Positions 20,577 through 31,445 of a DNA stretch of 64,000 nt are shown piece after piece. The DNA is taken from positions 1,870-65,869 of the forward strand of contig CALOBK010000001.1 of assembly GCA_942491645.1 (NCBI GenBank), read 5' to 3'. How positions within the stretch are numbered: position 1 is the stretch's first letter; each line of letters opens with the position of its first letter. A program made the translations under genes and the position numbers. Below the pieces are notes generated by a model. The model saw only the letters and a list, made by a program, of their open reading frames with translations, searched no databases and was not told the DNA's origin. The stretch comes from an uncultured Alphaproteobacteria bacterium. Lineage in GTDB: Bacteria > Pseudomonadota > Alphaproteobacteria > Rhizobiales > Methyloligellaceae.

Positions 20577-20894
20577 CTAGTCCGACGACGCCTGGTGGCG
20601 CTTAAGACCGGATGTACCCATGCGTTCCTCAAGCACATCGCAGACTTCATCGAGACTGACGTTACGGGACTCCAGCAGCACAAGCAGGTGGTAGACGAGG
20701 TCCGCGCTCTCGGAGACGAGCGCCGCTCGATCCTGCGCGGTCGCCGCAATGGCAACCTCGACGCCTTCCTCACCGACCTTCTTTGCCGACTTGATTGGGT
20801 CGTCCAGGAGCTGGCGCGTGTAGGATTCTTCTCCGCGCGCGTCGCGGCGGTCCTTGATTGTCCTGGCCAGCCTGTCCAGTGCATCTTTGCTCAT
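20577..20894 (-). CDS. hisE: Phosphoribosyl-ATP diphosphatase
   Basis: [25 protein letters not shown]. Confidence 0.93.
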   Translation of the reverse strand: MSKDALDRLARTIKDRRDARGEESYTRQLLDDPIKSAKKVGEEGVEVAIAATAQDRAALVSESADLVYHLLVLLESRNVSLDEVCDVLEERMGTSGLKRHQASSD

Positions 20895-20964
20895 GGGGTG
20901 GCTCTTACACCGTGCTGGCCCCGCTGGGAATAGGGGGCAGGGACTGTGGCTGCGGGCTCGTGCC

Positions 20965-21741
20965 TCAAGGATCGAGCCGCATGGGAAGACCCGCATCGGC
21001 CATGAAGCCCTTCGCCTCGCCAATCGAGTGCTCCCCGAAATGGAAGATCGAGGCGGCAAGCACGGCCGAGGCATGGCCCTCGCGGACGCCATCCACGAGA
21101 TGCTGCAGGGTGCCGACACCACCCGAGGCGATCACCGGAACAGACACGGCATCGGCGATGGCGCGCGTCAGTTCGTTGTCGAAGCCCGCGCGCGTTCCAT
21201 CTCGGTCCATCGATGTGAGAAGAATCTCGCCCGCGCCAAGCGAGACCACCTCCTCAGCATAGGCAACCGCATCGATCCCGGTCGGCTCGCGCCCGCCATG
21301 GGTGAAGATCTCAAAGCGCGGCGCCTTTCCATTCGTGCCAGTGCGCTTGGCATCAATGGCAACCACAATGCACTGGGATCCGAACTTCTCCGCCGCGCGA
21401 CGCACAAGGGCGCGGTCGCGCACGGCAGCGGTATTGATCGACACCTTGTCGGCGCCGGCTTCAAGCAGCGCCCGCACGTCGTCCGTCGTCCGCACGCCCC
21501 CGCCTACGGTCAATGGCATGAAGCAGCGCTCCGCGGTGCGCCGGACAATGTCGAGGATCGTCCCGCGCTTCTCGTGGCTTGCAGTAATGTCGAGAAAGCA
21601 AAGCTCATCCGCGCCCGCCTCATCATAGGCTGTGGCGGCTTCGACCGGATCTCCCGCATCGCGCAGATCGACGAAATTGACGCCTTTGACGACACGGCCG
21701 TCCTTCACATCGAGGCAGGGTATGACGCGGACTTTGAGCAT
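20965..21741 (-). CDS. hisF: Imidazole glycerol phosphate synthase cyclase subunit
   Basis: [29 protein letters not shown]. Confidence 0.97.
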   Translation of the reverse strand: MLKVRVIPCLDVKDGRVVKGVNFVDLRDAGDPVEAATAYDEAGADELCFLDITASHEKRGTILDIVRRTAERCFMPLTVGGGVRTTDDVRALLEAGADKVSINTAAVRDRALVRRAAEKFGSQCIVVAIDAKRTGTNGKAPRFEIFTHGGREPTGIDAVAYAEEVVSLGAGEILLTSMDRDGTRAGFDNELTRAIADAVSVPVIASGGVGTLQHLVDGVREGHASAVLAASIFHFGEHSIGEAKGFMADAGLPMRLDP

Positions 21742-21744
21742 GGC

Positions 21745-22503
21745 TCAGACTTGCCCCATCACGCCGTCGCGGCTTTTGCTCTTCGCAATCAGATCAAGGG
21801 CCTCTTTGGCAACCAGCCGCCCGTCATAGAGCGCCCGGCCTGCGATCGCCCCTTCGAGCTCGGCATAGCGTGGCTCAACGAGCCGCTTGATATCCTCAAA
21901 GGAGCCAAGCCCGCCACTGGCAATGACAGGCACCGAGACCGCATCAGCAAGTTCGGCGGTGGCATCAAGGTTGAGGCCTTCCAGAAGGCCATCGCGCACA
22001 ATGTCCGTATGGATGATCGCGGCAACGCCGGCATTTTCGAATGAGCGCGCAAGATCGAGCGCCGTCATCTGTGAGATCTCCGCCCAGCCATCAATAGCCA
22101 CCTTGCCATCGCGCGCATCGATACCGACGGCGATGCGGCCAGGAAACTCACGTGCCGCCTCGCGGACAAGACCCGGATCACGCACAGCCGCGGTCCCGAG
22201 GATCACCCGGTCGATCCCCTTGTGAAGCCACATGGCGATGGTCTTGAGATCGCGAATGCCGCCGCCGAGCTGAATGGGAAGCGCGATCGCCTCCAAAATC
22301 GCCTCGACAGCCGGACCGTTCACGGGCTTGCCTTCGAAGGCGCCGTTGAGATCGACCACGTGCAGCCATTCGAAGCCTTGATCCTCGAATGTCTTGGCCT
22401 GGGCGGCGGGATCTGCGTTGAACACAGTCGCCTGGTCCATCTCGCCCTGGCGCAGGCGCACGCATTGTCCGTCTTTCAAGTCGATGGCGGGGAATAGGAT
22501 CAT
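21745..22503 (-). CDS. hisA: ProFAR isomerase
   Basis: [29 protein letters not shown]. Confidence 0.97.
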   Translation of the reverse strand: MILFPAIDLKDGQCVRLRQGEMDQATVFNADPAAQAKTFEDQGFEWLHVVDLNGAFEGKPVNGPAVEAILEAIALPIQLGGGIRDLKTIAMWLHKGIDRVILGTAAVRDPGLVREAAREFPGRIAVGIDARDGKVAIDGWAEISQMTALDLARSFENAGVAAIIHTDIVRDGLLEGLNLDATAELADAVSVPVIASGGLGSFEDIKRLVEPRYAELEGAIAGRALYDGRLVAKEALDLIAKSKSRDGVMGQV

Positions 22504-22516
22504 CGCGGGGCTCTGG

Positions 22517-23167
22517 TCACGGCTTCCATTTCAGAAAATTGGCAATCAGCGCCAGGCCGAGCTTCTGGCTCTTTTCGGGGTGGAACTGGCTGCCCGCGAT
22601 GTTGTCGCGTGCGACAAAGGCGGTGACCTCGCCCCCATAGTCGGTGGTGGCGAGACGGACTTCCGGGTCCGCTGGCACGAAGTGATAGGAGTGCACAAAA
22701 TAGGCGTGCAGCCCCTCCGGCCCCGTTGGGATTCCCTCGAACAGGGCGTGATTGCCTGTGAGCGTGAGCGTGTTCCAGCCCATATGCGGAATTTTGAATG
22801 ATGCATCGGCGGGCTCGATGGCCCGGACCTCGCCGCCGACCCAGTCGAGCCCGGGCGTTACCCCATGCTCCAGACCACGGCTCGCCATGAGCTGAAGCCC
22901 GACGCAAATCCCAAGAAACGGGGACCCGCGATGCTCGACCGCTTCGTGCAACGCCTCGATCATACCGGGAACCGCCGCAAGGCCCGCTTTGCAATCGGCG
23001 AAGGCACCGACGCCCGGGAGCACGATGCGCTCAGCAGAGAGAACGTCATCGGGCTCGGCCGTGACTTTGATTTCGAGCGGCAAGCCCTGTTCGCTCGCCG
23101 CGCGCTCAAAGGCCTTCGCGGCAGAGTGAAGATTCCCGGACCCATAGTCGATGATGGCGGCGTGCAT
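22517..23167 (-). CDS. hisH: Imidazole glycerol phosphate synthase glutaminase subunit
   Basis: DYGSGN, GICVGLQ, QFHPEKS. Confidence 0.97.
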   Translation of the reverse strand: MHAAIIDYGSGNLHSAAKAFERAASEQGLPLEIKVTAEPDDVLSAERIVLPGVGAFADCKAGLAAVPGMIEALHEAVEHRGSPFLGICVGLQLMASRGLEHGVTPGLDWVGGEVRAIEPADASFKIPHMGWNTLTLTGNHALFEGIPTGPEGLHAYFVHSYHFVPADPEVRLATTDYGGEVTAFVARDNIAGSQFHPEKSQKLGLALIANFLKWKP

Positions 23168-23172
23168 GGACC

Positions 23173-23688
23173 CTAACCTCGCGGAAACGATCCAATGACT
23201 TCATCGCGCGCGCTGCCATATGCCTGTGCGGACGCAGTCCGTTTTGCAGGGTTCGGCAGGGCGGGGGCGACAACGGAGCGGACCTGCTCTTGCCTGGGCC
23301 GCTCTTGTCGTGGAAGCCAGCGTGTGAAGAACGAGGCCTCGGCCTCTTCCCGGTCCCGGCCCCTGGCTGTTCCCGCCAAGGTGAACCCACGGCGCCTCAA
23401 GGCCCAGCCGCGTATATCGTTCGCCTCGAAAGCAAAGACCAGCGTCAGCCCAAACGAGACCCAGCCCACGACCGCCTTCATGGCCGGGTCATTTCCGAAG
23501 AGCCACGGAAGCGACGCAAAGACGGCTAGGAACACGAAGAGTTCCAGCCACATCCGCTGATAAATCAACCACAAGATCGGCACGAAGAGCGCAAGCCAAC
23601 TAAAGCCATCCTTGACGAAGGAGACCTTGTCGGCGCGCGCCGCGAGATCGGCGTCGCCCGGTGGCTCATAGACGGAATAAACAGTCAC
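23173..23688 (-). CDS. DUF2628 family membrane protein
   Basis: [15 protein letters not shown]; position between hisB and hisH is typical of Rhizobiales. Confidence 0.8.
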   Translation of the reverse strand: MTVYSVYEPPGDADLAARADKVSFVKDGFSWLALFVPILWLIYQRMWLELFVFLAVFASLPWLFGNDPAMKAVVGWVSFGLTLVFAFEANDIRGWALRRRGFTLAGTARGRDREEAEASFFTRWLPRQERPRQEQVRSVVAPALPNPAKRTASAQAYGSARDEVIGSFPRG

Positions 23689-23751
23689 TTCATGTCACGC
23701 CACTGGCGTGCCCTGGACGATGTCAAAACGACAGACTAGACCAAACCCTAC

Positions 23752-24384
23752 TCACAGCTGCCCCTTGGTAGAGGGCACCCGTCCGCCTTGCCGCACATCG
23801 ATTGCGATGGCCTGACGCAGCGCTCGGGCGAGCGCCTTATAGCAGGTCTCGGCGATGTGGTGGTTATTCTCGCCGTAGAGATTTTCCACATGCAGCGTAA
23901 TCCCGGCGTTCTGAGCAAAGGCCTGGAACCACTCACGGAACAGCTCCGTATCCATCTCGCCGATCTTCGCGCGGCTGAAATGTACTTTCCACACGAGAAA
24001 TGGCCGCCCGGAGACATCGAGCGCGACGCGCGTCAACGTCTCGTCCATGGGCAGATAGCTGGACCCGTAGCGGGCAATACCTTCCTTGCCGCCCAAGGCC
24101 TCGGCGAAGGCCTGACCGAGCGCGATCCCGGAATCCTCCGTCGTGTGGTGCTGGTCGATGTGGAGATCGCCCTCGGCCTTGAGTGCGATATCGATGAGCG
24201 AATGGCGCGCGAGCTGCTCCAGCATATGATCGAGAAAACCAACGCCGGTAGACACATCATAGGCGCCCCTCCCGTCGAGATTGACGGCAACGCTGATATT
24301 GGTCTCCTTGGTGCGGCGTTTGATCGACGCTGATCGATCTTCCGGCAACGCCAAGTCCCCTACTGATTTGCTTCGCTTTTGCAT
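23752..24384 (-). CDS. hisB: Imidazoleglycerol-phosphate dehydratase
   Basis: [21 protein letters not shown]; start approximate. Confidence 0.96.
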   Translation of the reverse strand: MQKRSKSVGDLALPEDRSASIKRRTKETNISVAVNLDGRGAYDVSTGVGFLDHMLEQLARHSLIDIALKAEGDLHIDQHHTTEDSGIALGQAFAEALGGKEGIARYGSSYLPMDETLTRVALDVSGRPFLVWKVHFSRAKIGEMDTELFREWFQAFAQNAGITLHVENLYGENNHHIAETCYKALARALRQAIAIDVRQGGRVPSTKGQL

Positions 24385-24475
24385 GTCTGCCAGCTTAGCC
24401 CAAAGGCTCTTAGCAATTCGCTTCTTTCAGCCGCACTTATACGACCCGGCATGCGGACGTACTATGGGCCACACT

Positions 24476-24508
24476 CAAAAAATGTAGACACTTCCAAAAA
24501 ATGTAGAC
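24476..24508. repeat. 14-bp direct repeat CAAAAAATGTAGAC x2 (19-bp period)
   Basis: Read directly in the divergent hisB/DUF2939 intergenic region. Confidence 0.8.
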
Positions 24509-24525
24509 CCCTCGAGGATTTGCCC

Positions 24526-25058
24526 ATGCGACGCCTGTTCCTGCTCCTCTTGATCCTGATCGCCGCCTATGTCGCCTATCCTTATTGGACCCTTTACCGG
24601 CTGGAGCGGGCGCTTCTGACCGACAGCACGGAATCCTTGGGAAAAATCGTTGATTTTCCGGCCATCCGAGTGGGCCTCAAGGGCCAAGTCGAGGGCGGAA
24701 TGCTGGCGAAGACAGATGAGTTGGCCAAAAAGAGACCGGTTCTCGGAGATATCGGCCGGGCATTGACTGAGGCCTTCGGCCCTTCAATTGTCGGAGGGAC
24801 CGTGGACAATCTTGTGACGCCGGAGGCGGTGCTAAAGAACCCCACCGTGGTAGAGCACCAGGAAAAAGATAAGGTTTAGAGAACTTTGTCCACTATGCGT
24901 TCTTTTCAGGACCCACCACATTCAAGATCGAACTCAAAGATCCGGACGATGCCTCCTTGCCGATCATCACGTCATTCATGACCCTGGACGGCTTTCGCTG
25001 GCGCGTGACGAAGGTCGAAATGCCGCCGCTCAAAACGCTGATCCCGAGCGGGAACTAG
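24526..25058 (+). pseudogene. DUF2939-like protein, frameshifted near 24873
   Basis: TM + AYPYW...VDFPAIR ends at TAG 24879; the -1 frame continues GLENFVHYAFFSGPTTF...LDGFRWRVTKVEMP to TAG 25058. Confidence 0.75.
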
Positions 25059-25143
25059 GCCGTGGCCTCATAAGTGCGCATGCGTCGAACTGCGGCGTGA
25101 GATATCTGCTTTAGCCCCGATGCCGGCCAGGAGGCGAGACCCC

Positions 25144-25419
25144 TCAAAACTCTTGGCGAGGCCGGCGGGACTCGAATGAAAATTGGCTGAGTTTGCCGAT
25201 ATTAGTCGCGACCATTTTCTCTGCTTCCGCGTCGCGGGCGTAGGGCGCGCTTGTTGCCAGCATTTGGTCAAGTCTGGTTTCGTCTACAGCAGCGTGGACA
25301 GATTGTGCGATACGAGAGGCGGTCTCACGCGGTCTTTCAACAATATCGTCTGTTGTGATGAAAAGCGGTCTCGGCTTAGAGAACGGGTCACTGCGCTCCG
25401 GGACGGGACGTCCAACACG
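25144..25419 (-). pseudogene. Probable 3' remnant of a gene (sulfotransferase C-terminus-like)
   Basis: Stop-free frame of about 90 codons with no 5' start: PLFITTDDIVERPRETASRIAQSVHAAVD... Confidence 0.3.
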
Positions 25420-25461
25420 CTAGAGCGGAACATGTTGGAGACACGTACTTGCTGGCGACCG

Positions 25462-25490
25462 CTTGACGAATGGCGGCTTAAGCCCGATAT
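25462..25490 (+). promoter_or_regulatory. Putative RpoH-type promoter of hslVU
   Basis: CTTGAC...CCCGATAT just upstream of hslV. Confidence 0.4.
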
Positions 25491-25501
25491 CGCCTCCTAG
25501 T

Positions 25502-26068
25502 ATGCATGCTCCCCCTTCCTCCCCCGAGGTCTGGCACGGCACGACGATCCTCACGGTCCGGAAGGGCGGCAAGGTGGTGGTCGCGGGCGATGGCCAAGTG
25601 TCGCTCGGCCAGACCATCATCAAAGGCACGGCCAAAAAAGTGCGCCGCGTCGGCTCAGGCCAAGTGATTGCTGGTTTTGCGGGCTCGACCGCCGACGCCT
25701 TCACCCTGTTCGAACGGCTTGAGACCAAACTTGAGCGTTTTCCCGATCAGCTAAAGCGGGCTTGCGTCGAGCTTGCCAAGGATTGGCGGACCGACCGTTA
25801 CTTGCGCCGCCTTGAAGCCATGATGATCGTGGCGGACCCCACCGAGAGCCTGGTGCTGACGGGGACGGGCGACGTTCTGGAGCCGGACGATGCGGTGATG
25901 GGCATTGGCTCCGGCGGTATGTATGCGCTTGCCGCGGCAAAGGCCCTGCTCGATACAGAGCGCGATGCGGAACAAATTGCCCGCGGGGCCATGGCCATTG
26001 CCGCCCAGATTTGCGTCTACACCAATGACGCCCTTACCGTCGAAACACTCGACGCCATCTCTTCGTAG
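25502..26068 (+). CDS. hslV: ATP-dependent protease subunit HslV
   Basis: [34 protein letters not shown]. Confidence 0.97.
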   Translation: MHAPPSSPEVWHGTTILTVRKGGKVVVAGDGQVSLGQTIIKGTAKKVRRVGSGQVIAGFAGSTADAFTLFERLETKLERFPDQLKRACVELAKDWRTDRYLRRLEAMMIVADPTESLVLTGTGDVLEPDDAVMGIGSGGMYALAAAKALLDTERDAEQIARGAMAIAAQICVYTNDALTVETLDAISS

Positions 26069-26091
26069 ATCTTTCAGTCCATAGAGAGTTC

Positions 26092-27396
26092 ATGACCGGC
26101 TTTTCCCCCCGCGAGATCGTTTCCGAACTAGACCGCCACATTATAGGCCAGCGCGATGCCAAGCGCGCCGTCGCCATCGCGCTCCGTAATCGCTGGCGCC
26201 GGCAGCAGCTCGAAGGCGATATGCGCGAGGAGGTGCTCCCGAAGAACATCTTGATGATCGGGCCAACGGGCGTCGGCAAGACAGAGATTTCCCGCCGCCT
26301 GGCCAAGCTCGCCAGCGCGCCGTTCATCAAGATCGAGGCGACCAAATTCACTGAAGTGGGCTATGTGGGCCGTGACGTGGAGCAAATCGTCCGTGATTTA
26401 GTAGAAGCCGGCATCGGCCTTGTGCGCGATGCCAAGCGCAAAGAGGTCGAGGCCAAGGCGCAGATTAACGCCGAGGAACGCGTCATAGATGCGCTTGTGG
26501 GCGCGGGCGCCAGCAACTCGACCCGCGAATCGTTTCGGCGGAAGCTCCGCGCAAGCGAACTCGATGACAAAGAGATCGAGATTCAAGTTGCTGATGTCGC
26601 ATCCATGCCAGCCTTCGATATCCCCGGCATGCCGGGGAGCCAAGTTGGCATGATCAACCTGTCCGACATGCTGGGGAAGGCCTTTGGGCAACGTACCAAG
26701 CCACGCGCGGTGACCGTAAAAGAGTCCTTTGCCATTCTCGTCGCGGACGAATCCGACAAGCTCATCGACGATGACATGATGATCCAAGAGGCAATCGCAA
26801 ACGTCGAGAACGACGGCATCGTGTTCCTGGACGAGATCGACAAAATTTGTGCGCGCTCCGACCGGGCCGGCGCCGACGTCTCGCGCGAAGGCGTGCAGCG
26901 CGACCTCCTTCCCCTCATTGAGGGTACGACGGTCGGAACAAAGCACGGGCCGGTGAAGACTGATCATATTCTCTTCATCGCATCGGGCGCGTTTCACATC
27001 GCAAAACCCTCTGACCTGTTGCCGGAGCTACAAGGGCGCCTGCCCATTCGCGTGGAACTGCGCGCGCTCACCCATGACGATTTCCGGCGGATTCTGACCG
27101 AACCCAAGGCCTGCCTCATCAATCAATATGTGGCACTCATGAGCACAGAGGGCGTGACGCTCGACTTCACCGACGATGCGATTGAGGCCATTGCCGATAT
27201 CGCGGTGGAAGTGAACACCTCCGTTGAAAATATCGGTGCGCGCCGTCTCATGACGGTAATGGAGCGCATTCTCGATGAGATTTCTTTCTCGGCCGCCGAC
27301 AAGCACGGCGAGACGATCACCATCGATGCTGCTTACGTGCGCGAGCATATCGGCGACCTCGCCAAGAACGCCGATCTCTCGAAGTTCATTCTTTAG
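26092..27396 (+). CDS. hslU: ATP-dependent protease ATPase subunit HslU
   Basis: [29 protein letters not shown]. Confidence 0.98.
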   Translation: MTGFSPREIVSELDRHIIGQRDAKRAVAIALRNRWRRQQLEGDMREEVLPKNILMIGPTGVGKTEISRRLAKLASAPFIKIEATKFTEVGYVGRDVEQIVRDLVEAGIGLVRDAKRKEVEAKAQINAEERVIDALVGAGASNSTRESFRRKLRASELDDKEIEIQVADVASMPAFDIPGMPGSQVGMINLSDMLGKAFGQRTKPRAVTVKESFAILVADESDKLIDDDMMIQEAIANVENDGIVFLDEIDKICARSDRAGADVSREGVQRDLLPLIEGTTVGTKHGPVKTDHILFIASGAFHIAKPSDLLPELQGRLPIRVELRALTHDDFRRILTEPKACLINQYVALMSTEGVTLDFTDDAIEAIADIAVEVNTSVENIGARRLMTVMERILDEISFSAADKHGETITIDAAYVREHIGDLAKNADLSKFIL

Positions 27397-27408
27397 GTGC
27401 AAGCGCGC

Positions 27409-27999
27409 TTACCGCCCCTTCCGCAGCCGCACATAGAGGGCGCCCCCGCCGCCGAGCCTTCGCGGGGCTTCCGAAAAGCTGACGATCAATGGCGCCAGGT
27501 CGCCATTGGCGAGCCAGTGCGGCACCGATTGGCGGAGCACGCCGCAGGCCTCTTCTTCATAGAAGTTTGAGGTCTCACTGCCAGAGCCCTTGCCCGTGAT
27601 GACCAGCACGTGGCGATAGTCCTTACCGCGCGCCCAGTGGAGAAATTTGCGCAAAGCGCTATGGGCCTCGCGCTGGCGCATGCCATGCAGATCGAGCCGC
27701 GCTTGAACAGCTAGGTGACCCTTGTCGAGCTTACGTGCCGTTTGCCGATCGAGGCCGGCAGTCGGGGAAGGACTTTTCTTGACCGTGACCTTTGGTGTGG
27801 ATTCTGGCGCAGTCTTGATCTGCGGCGCGGCGGAGACCACGTCCCCTCTTTCGGGTTGCTTCGTTTTTGACGCGGGGCCAGGCTCAGGCACGGCTGCCCC
27901 CTTGGTGAGCCGGTTCTTGGCCGTGAGCGGCGTCGCGGTCTCGGCGACCCTTGCCCAGAGATCCGCATCGTCCTCTATGGTTTTGTCCCGCTTTCCCAT
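27409..27999 (-). CDS. Smr/MutS2 C-terminal domain protein
   Basis: LDLHGM, VITGKG, GGGGALYVRL. Confidence 0.9.
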   Translation of the reverse strand: MGKRDKTIEDDADLWARVAETATPLTAKNRLTKGAAVPEPGPASKTKQPERGDVVSAAPQIKTAPESTPKVTVKKSPSPTAGLDRQTARKLDKGHLAVQARLDLHGMRQREAHSALRKFLHWARGKDYRHVLVITGKGSGSETSNFYEEEACGVLRQSVPHWLANGDLAPLIVSFSEAPRRLGGGGALYVRLRKGR

Positions 28000-28022
28000 C
28001 TGCCGACAATAGCGCATGTGCC

Positions 28023-29096
28023 TTAACGGTTCGGCATCAGGAAGATGAACTGCGCACGATGACGCGTGGTCCCAGCGATCGCCCCGGCACTCTCGCCGGT
28101 GCCCCAAAAAATATCGCCGCGCACCTGTCCGCGAATTGCCGATCCGACATCTTGGGCGATCATGAGCCTTGAGAACTGCTGCGCTCCTGTCGTGACAAGA
28201 TCATCAGCGACCAAATAGACGGGACACCCAAGTGGCACATAGACCGGATCGACGGCCAGACTGCGCCCCGGTGTGAGCGGAACAGACTTGGCACCGAGCG
28301 GCCCTAACCGCCCTTCGTCGCCGCCAAGCACGTGGAAGAAGATGTAGGACTTATTTTCCTGCATTAAGGCGCGGCCACGCGCGGGATCGGCGCGCAGCCA
28401 TGCTTTCACCTGTTCCATATCGATAGCGTTTAGCGCGATTTCGTGTCGCTCCACGAGAAGCCTGCCAATGGATGTATAGGGATGACCGTTCTTGCCAGCA
28501 TAGGTGAGGCGCACGTCGCTGCCATCATCGAGATGCACCAGTCCCGACCCCTGGACCTGCATGTAAAAGAGTTCGACCCAATCCTCCAGAAAGAGGAGCT
28601 CAAGGCCGCGGCCCTCAAGGGCACCGCTCTCGATCTCCGCACGGGTGAAGTAGTCGGCGAGTTCGTCCCCGCATTGACGTTTCACGCTGACGCCCTTGTT
28701 GTGGAGCGCGCGATAGAGATCCGCAGAGAGCGGTATGAGGTCGTCGGGGAGCCCTAATACCGGAACATGAAATCTGGAATGGCGGTTTCGAGAGCCGCGC
28801 AGTTCCGGTTCGTAATAGCCAGTGACGAAGCCGGGTTCACAGGTGTCCGAGTAGACATGCGGAGTGAAGTGCGCCTCGAAGAAACGACGCACGGCAGCAT
28901 CGCCGATATCCGCACCAAGAGCCAACGCCGCCTCGCGCGGCATGGCACCAAACCGGGTCTCCTCAAAGGGGTCCACATCACACGATCCCAGAAAAGCGCG
29001 AAAGGCCGCGGCAAGGTCGTCCTCGGCCCAATCTGGAAGTTGATGGAATGCCAGAGCTCGAAATGCGTTGTCCAGATCGTCCACAGCGGGTGGCAC
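28023..29096 (-). CDS. mltA: Lytic murein transglycosylase A
   Basis: TGYYEP, QVQGSG, SLAVD, AQDVGSAIRG..RGDIFWG (3D domain). Confidence 0.92.
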   Translation of the reverse strand: MPPAVDDLDNAFRALAFHQLPDWAEDDLAAAFRAFLGSCDVDPFEETRFGAMPREAALALGADIGDAAVRRFFEAHFTPHVYSDTCEPGFVTGYYEPELRGSRNRHSRFHVPVLGLPDDLIPLSADLYRALHNKGVSVKRQCGDELADYFTRAEIESGALEGRGLELLFLEDWVELFYMQVQGSGLVHLDDGSDVRLTYAGKNGHPYTSIGRLLVERHEIALNAIDMEQVKAWLRADPARGRALMQENKSYIFFHVLGGDEGRLGPLGAKSVPLTPGRSLAVDPVYVPLGCPVYLVADDLVTTGAQQFSRLMIAQDVGSAIRGQVRGDIFWGTGESAGAIAGTTRHRAQFIFLMPNR

Positions 29097-29129
29097 CCAG
29101 ATCGCGTCACTCGAGACGAAGTCGCCAGA

Positions 29130-29852
29130 TTAGTTGGCCGCCTCGGTGGCGACGAGCTTCCAGTTCGGGTTAGGCGAGGCGGTATCGCGGTTGAACGTCC
29201 AGATGTCTGTGACTTCACGCACCTTCTTGGGGTCACCCTCAATCACATCGCCGCCCTCATCGCGGGTGACTGAAATCAGCTCACTCACGAACTTAACAGT
29301 GATATAGGCCTCGCTGCCCTTCAGCTCGGCCTCGATAATGTCGGCTTTGTCGATGCCGACCAAAGTGCTGTGATGGGTTTCGCCGCGCTGCTCACGCTCG
29401 GAAATCGCGCGCGTGAAGCCATCCAGGACATCCTCGCCCAAAAGCTGCTGCAGCGTTTTCTCATCGCCTTCGGCAAAGGCGGCCACGATCATCTCGTACG
29501 CACCCTTGGCCCCATCCAGAAACTGTCCGGGATCGAAGCCCGGATCCGCCTTGATGAGCGCGGTGAGCGCTTTGCTAAGCGGGCTGCCGGTGGTCGCGTA
29601 GCGCTCCAGCCGCTCTTCGATATCTTCCGCCGAGGGTCCCACATCCTGGGAGACGGGCGCCTCCGCCGTGCGGCCGCGCGGCAATGCAACCACGGTTCCC
29701 TCCGATGCCTGTTTTGCATCGGGCCGCGTATAGGGATCATAAGGGGGGCGCTCGCTGCCCGTGCGGCGACCGAGAACGCTGCGTAGCCGGATAAAGATCA
29801 CGACCGCCAGAACCAAGAACAGCAATGTGTAGATATCGAAGGCTTCACTCAT
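29130..29852 (-). CDS. Tim44/TimA family protein
   Basis: N-terminal TM + LRSVLGRRTG; FLDGAKGAYEMIV; DIWTF..NWKLVAT. Confidence 0.9.
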   Translation of the reverse strand: MSEAFDIYTLLFLVLAVVIFIRLRSVLGRRTGSERPPYDPYTRPDAKQASEGTVVALPRGRTAEAPVSQDVGPSAEDIEERLERYATTGSPLSKALTALIKADPGFDPGQFLDGAKGAYEMIVAAFAEGDEKTLQQLLGEDVLDGFTRAISEREQRGETHHSTLVGIDKADIIEAELKGSEAYITVKFVSELISVTRDEGGDVIEGDPKKVREVTDIWTFNRDTASPNPNWKLVATEAAN

Positions 29853-30156
29853 ACCTTTGCCGCCATTCCGTCCGTGACCGCCACCCATTGGCTTGGGAGC
29901 CACGATCCATGCCTAAAGCTCTCGGATCCAATATCGTCGCGCGCCTGGAGAATTTCTAGCGGCACAAGAATGCCACGGTGCGATTTTCCTCGCCCTATCC
30001 GCAACTTTTCAGTGTCAACTTAGGGCATTCCCCACCAAGACGCCAACCCCAAAGGGTTTTCGCGAGAATTGGACAAAGCGCCGCCGACTGCTGAATTGCG
30101 CGCCTCTTGCCTCCCGTGTTAGCCAGCAAACGCAAGTTGCGTCGACGGAGGGTCAT

Positions 30157-30672
30157 ATGGCGGAAGACGATAAAGACAACGAGACGAAAAAGCCCAATGG
30201 CGATGGACCAGTAGCCGGCACGGGCACGCAAGCTCAGCTCAACATCCTCGCCCAATATGTGAAGGATCTTTCGTTCGAGAGCCCCGGTTCGCCCCAAACC
30301 CTTCAAGGGCCCGGCGAAAACCCGCAGCTTCAGATCGGCGTCAACGTCAATGGCGGCCCTCGCGGCGACGATCTCTACGAGGTCATCGTCCATCTGGAGG
30401 CGCATGCCAAAAGCGATGCAGGCGTCATCTACAATGTCGAGTTGGACTATGGCGCGCTATTCCGCATCAAGAATGTGCCCGAGAACCTGATGCAGCCGGT
30501 CATGTTCGTCGATTGCCCGACGCTAATCTTCCCCTTTGTGCGGCGCGTGATCGCCGATGTGGTGCGCGACGGCGGTTTTCCGCCCCTGATGCTGGACCCG
30601 ATCGATTTCGGCCGGCTCTATGCGCAGAATCTGTCCAAAGGCGAAGGAACAGGCCAGGGCCAACCGAACTAA
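30157..30672 (+). CDS. secB: Protein-export chaperone SecB
   Basis: QYVKDLSFESP, CPTLIFPFVR, GGFPPLMLDPIDF. Confidence 0.96.
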   Translation: MAEDDKDNETKKPNGDGPVAGTGTQAQLNILAQYVKDLSFESPGSPQTLQGPGENPQLQIGVNVNGGPRGDDLYEVIVHLEAHAKSDAGVIYNVELDYGALFRIKNVPENLMQPVMFVDCPTLIFPFVRRVIADVVRDGGFPPLMLDPIDFGRLYAQNLSKGEGTGQGQPN

Positions 30673-30733
30673 GAGGCCACAGCCAACCGAACGAAGGCGC
30701 TCGTTCCAACACGAGGACTGCCACGCGGCTGAA

Positions 30734-31423
30734 TCACTCGTAGCGGCGCCAGAGAGGTTTGTCGCCAAGCGTTGCGACGAACGCACGATGGGCCTCTTGC
30801 TCGCCTGCGCTGAGCCTTGAGGGCAGCGGGACCGCTCGTGGCACGACCGCAGTCGTGTTCCCTTGGACGTCTGAGCGCTGGGTGCCGTTAGCGGCAAGCT
30901 CGAGCCGGGCTTGCTTCCCGCCAACAAGCTCCACATAGACAGAGGCGAGCAACCGGCAGTCGAGCAGCGCACCGTGCAAGTCACGCTCGCTGAGATCGAT
31001 GCCGTAGCGCCGGCAGAGCGCATCGAGGCTTGCCGGCGCACCGGGATGCCGACGCCTGGCCAAGGCCAGGGTATCGACAATTCTGTCCCATGTCAGAGGT
31101 GGCCTTGCTGCGCGCTCCAACTCGGCGTTCAAGAACCCGAAATCGAATTTCGCATTGTGAATGACCAGCATGGCGCTTTCGATAAAGTCCAAAAACCCCT
31201 CAGCCGTGTCGGCAAAAAGCGGCTTGTCGCTGAGAAATTCCGCCGAAAGTCCATGCACGGCGTAGGCCTGCTCGGGCATATGGCGCTCGGGATTGAGATA
31301 GCAGTGCCAAGTCCGCCCCGTCGGAATGGAGTTCACCAGTTCGACGCAGCCGATCTCGACGATTCGGTGACCGTCCTGCGGGTCGAGCCCCGTGGTTTCC
31401 GTATCCAGAATGATTTCGCGCAA
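30734..31423 (-). CDS. dnaQ: DNA polymerase III epsilon subunit
   Basis: LDTETTG, HNAKFD, HGALLD. Confidence 0.96.
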   Translation of the reverse strand: MREIILDTETTGLDPQDGHRIVEIGCVELVNSIPTGRTWHCYLNPERHMPEQAYAVHGLSAEFLSDKPLFADTAEGFLDFIESAMLVIHNAKFDFGFLNAELERAARPPLTWDRIVDTLALARRRHPGAPASLDALCRRYGIDLSERDLHGALLDCRLLASVYVELVGGKQARLELAANGTQRSDVQGNTTAVVPRAVPLPSRLSAGEQEAHRAFVATLGDKPLWRRYE

Positions 31424-31445
31424 GAGCTTAGATCTCTCCGTATTG

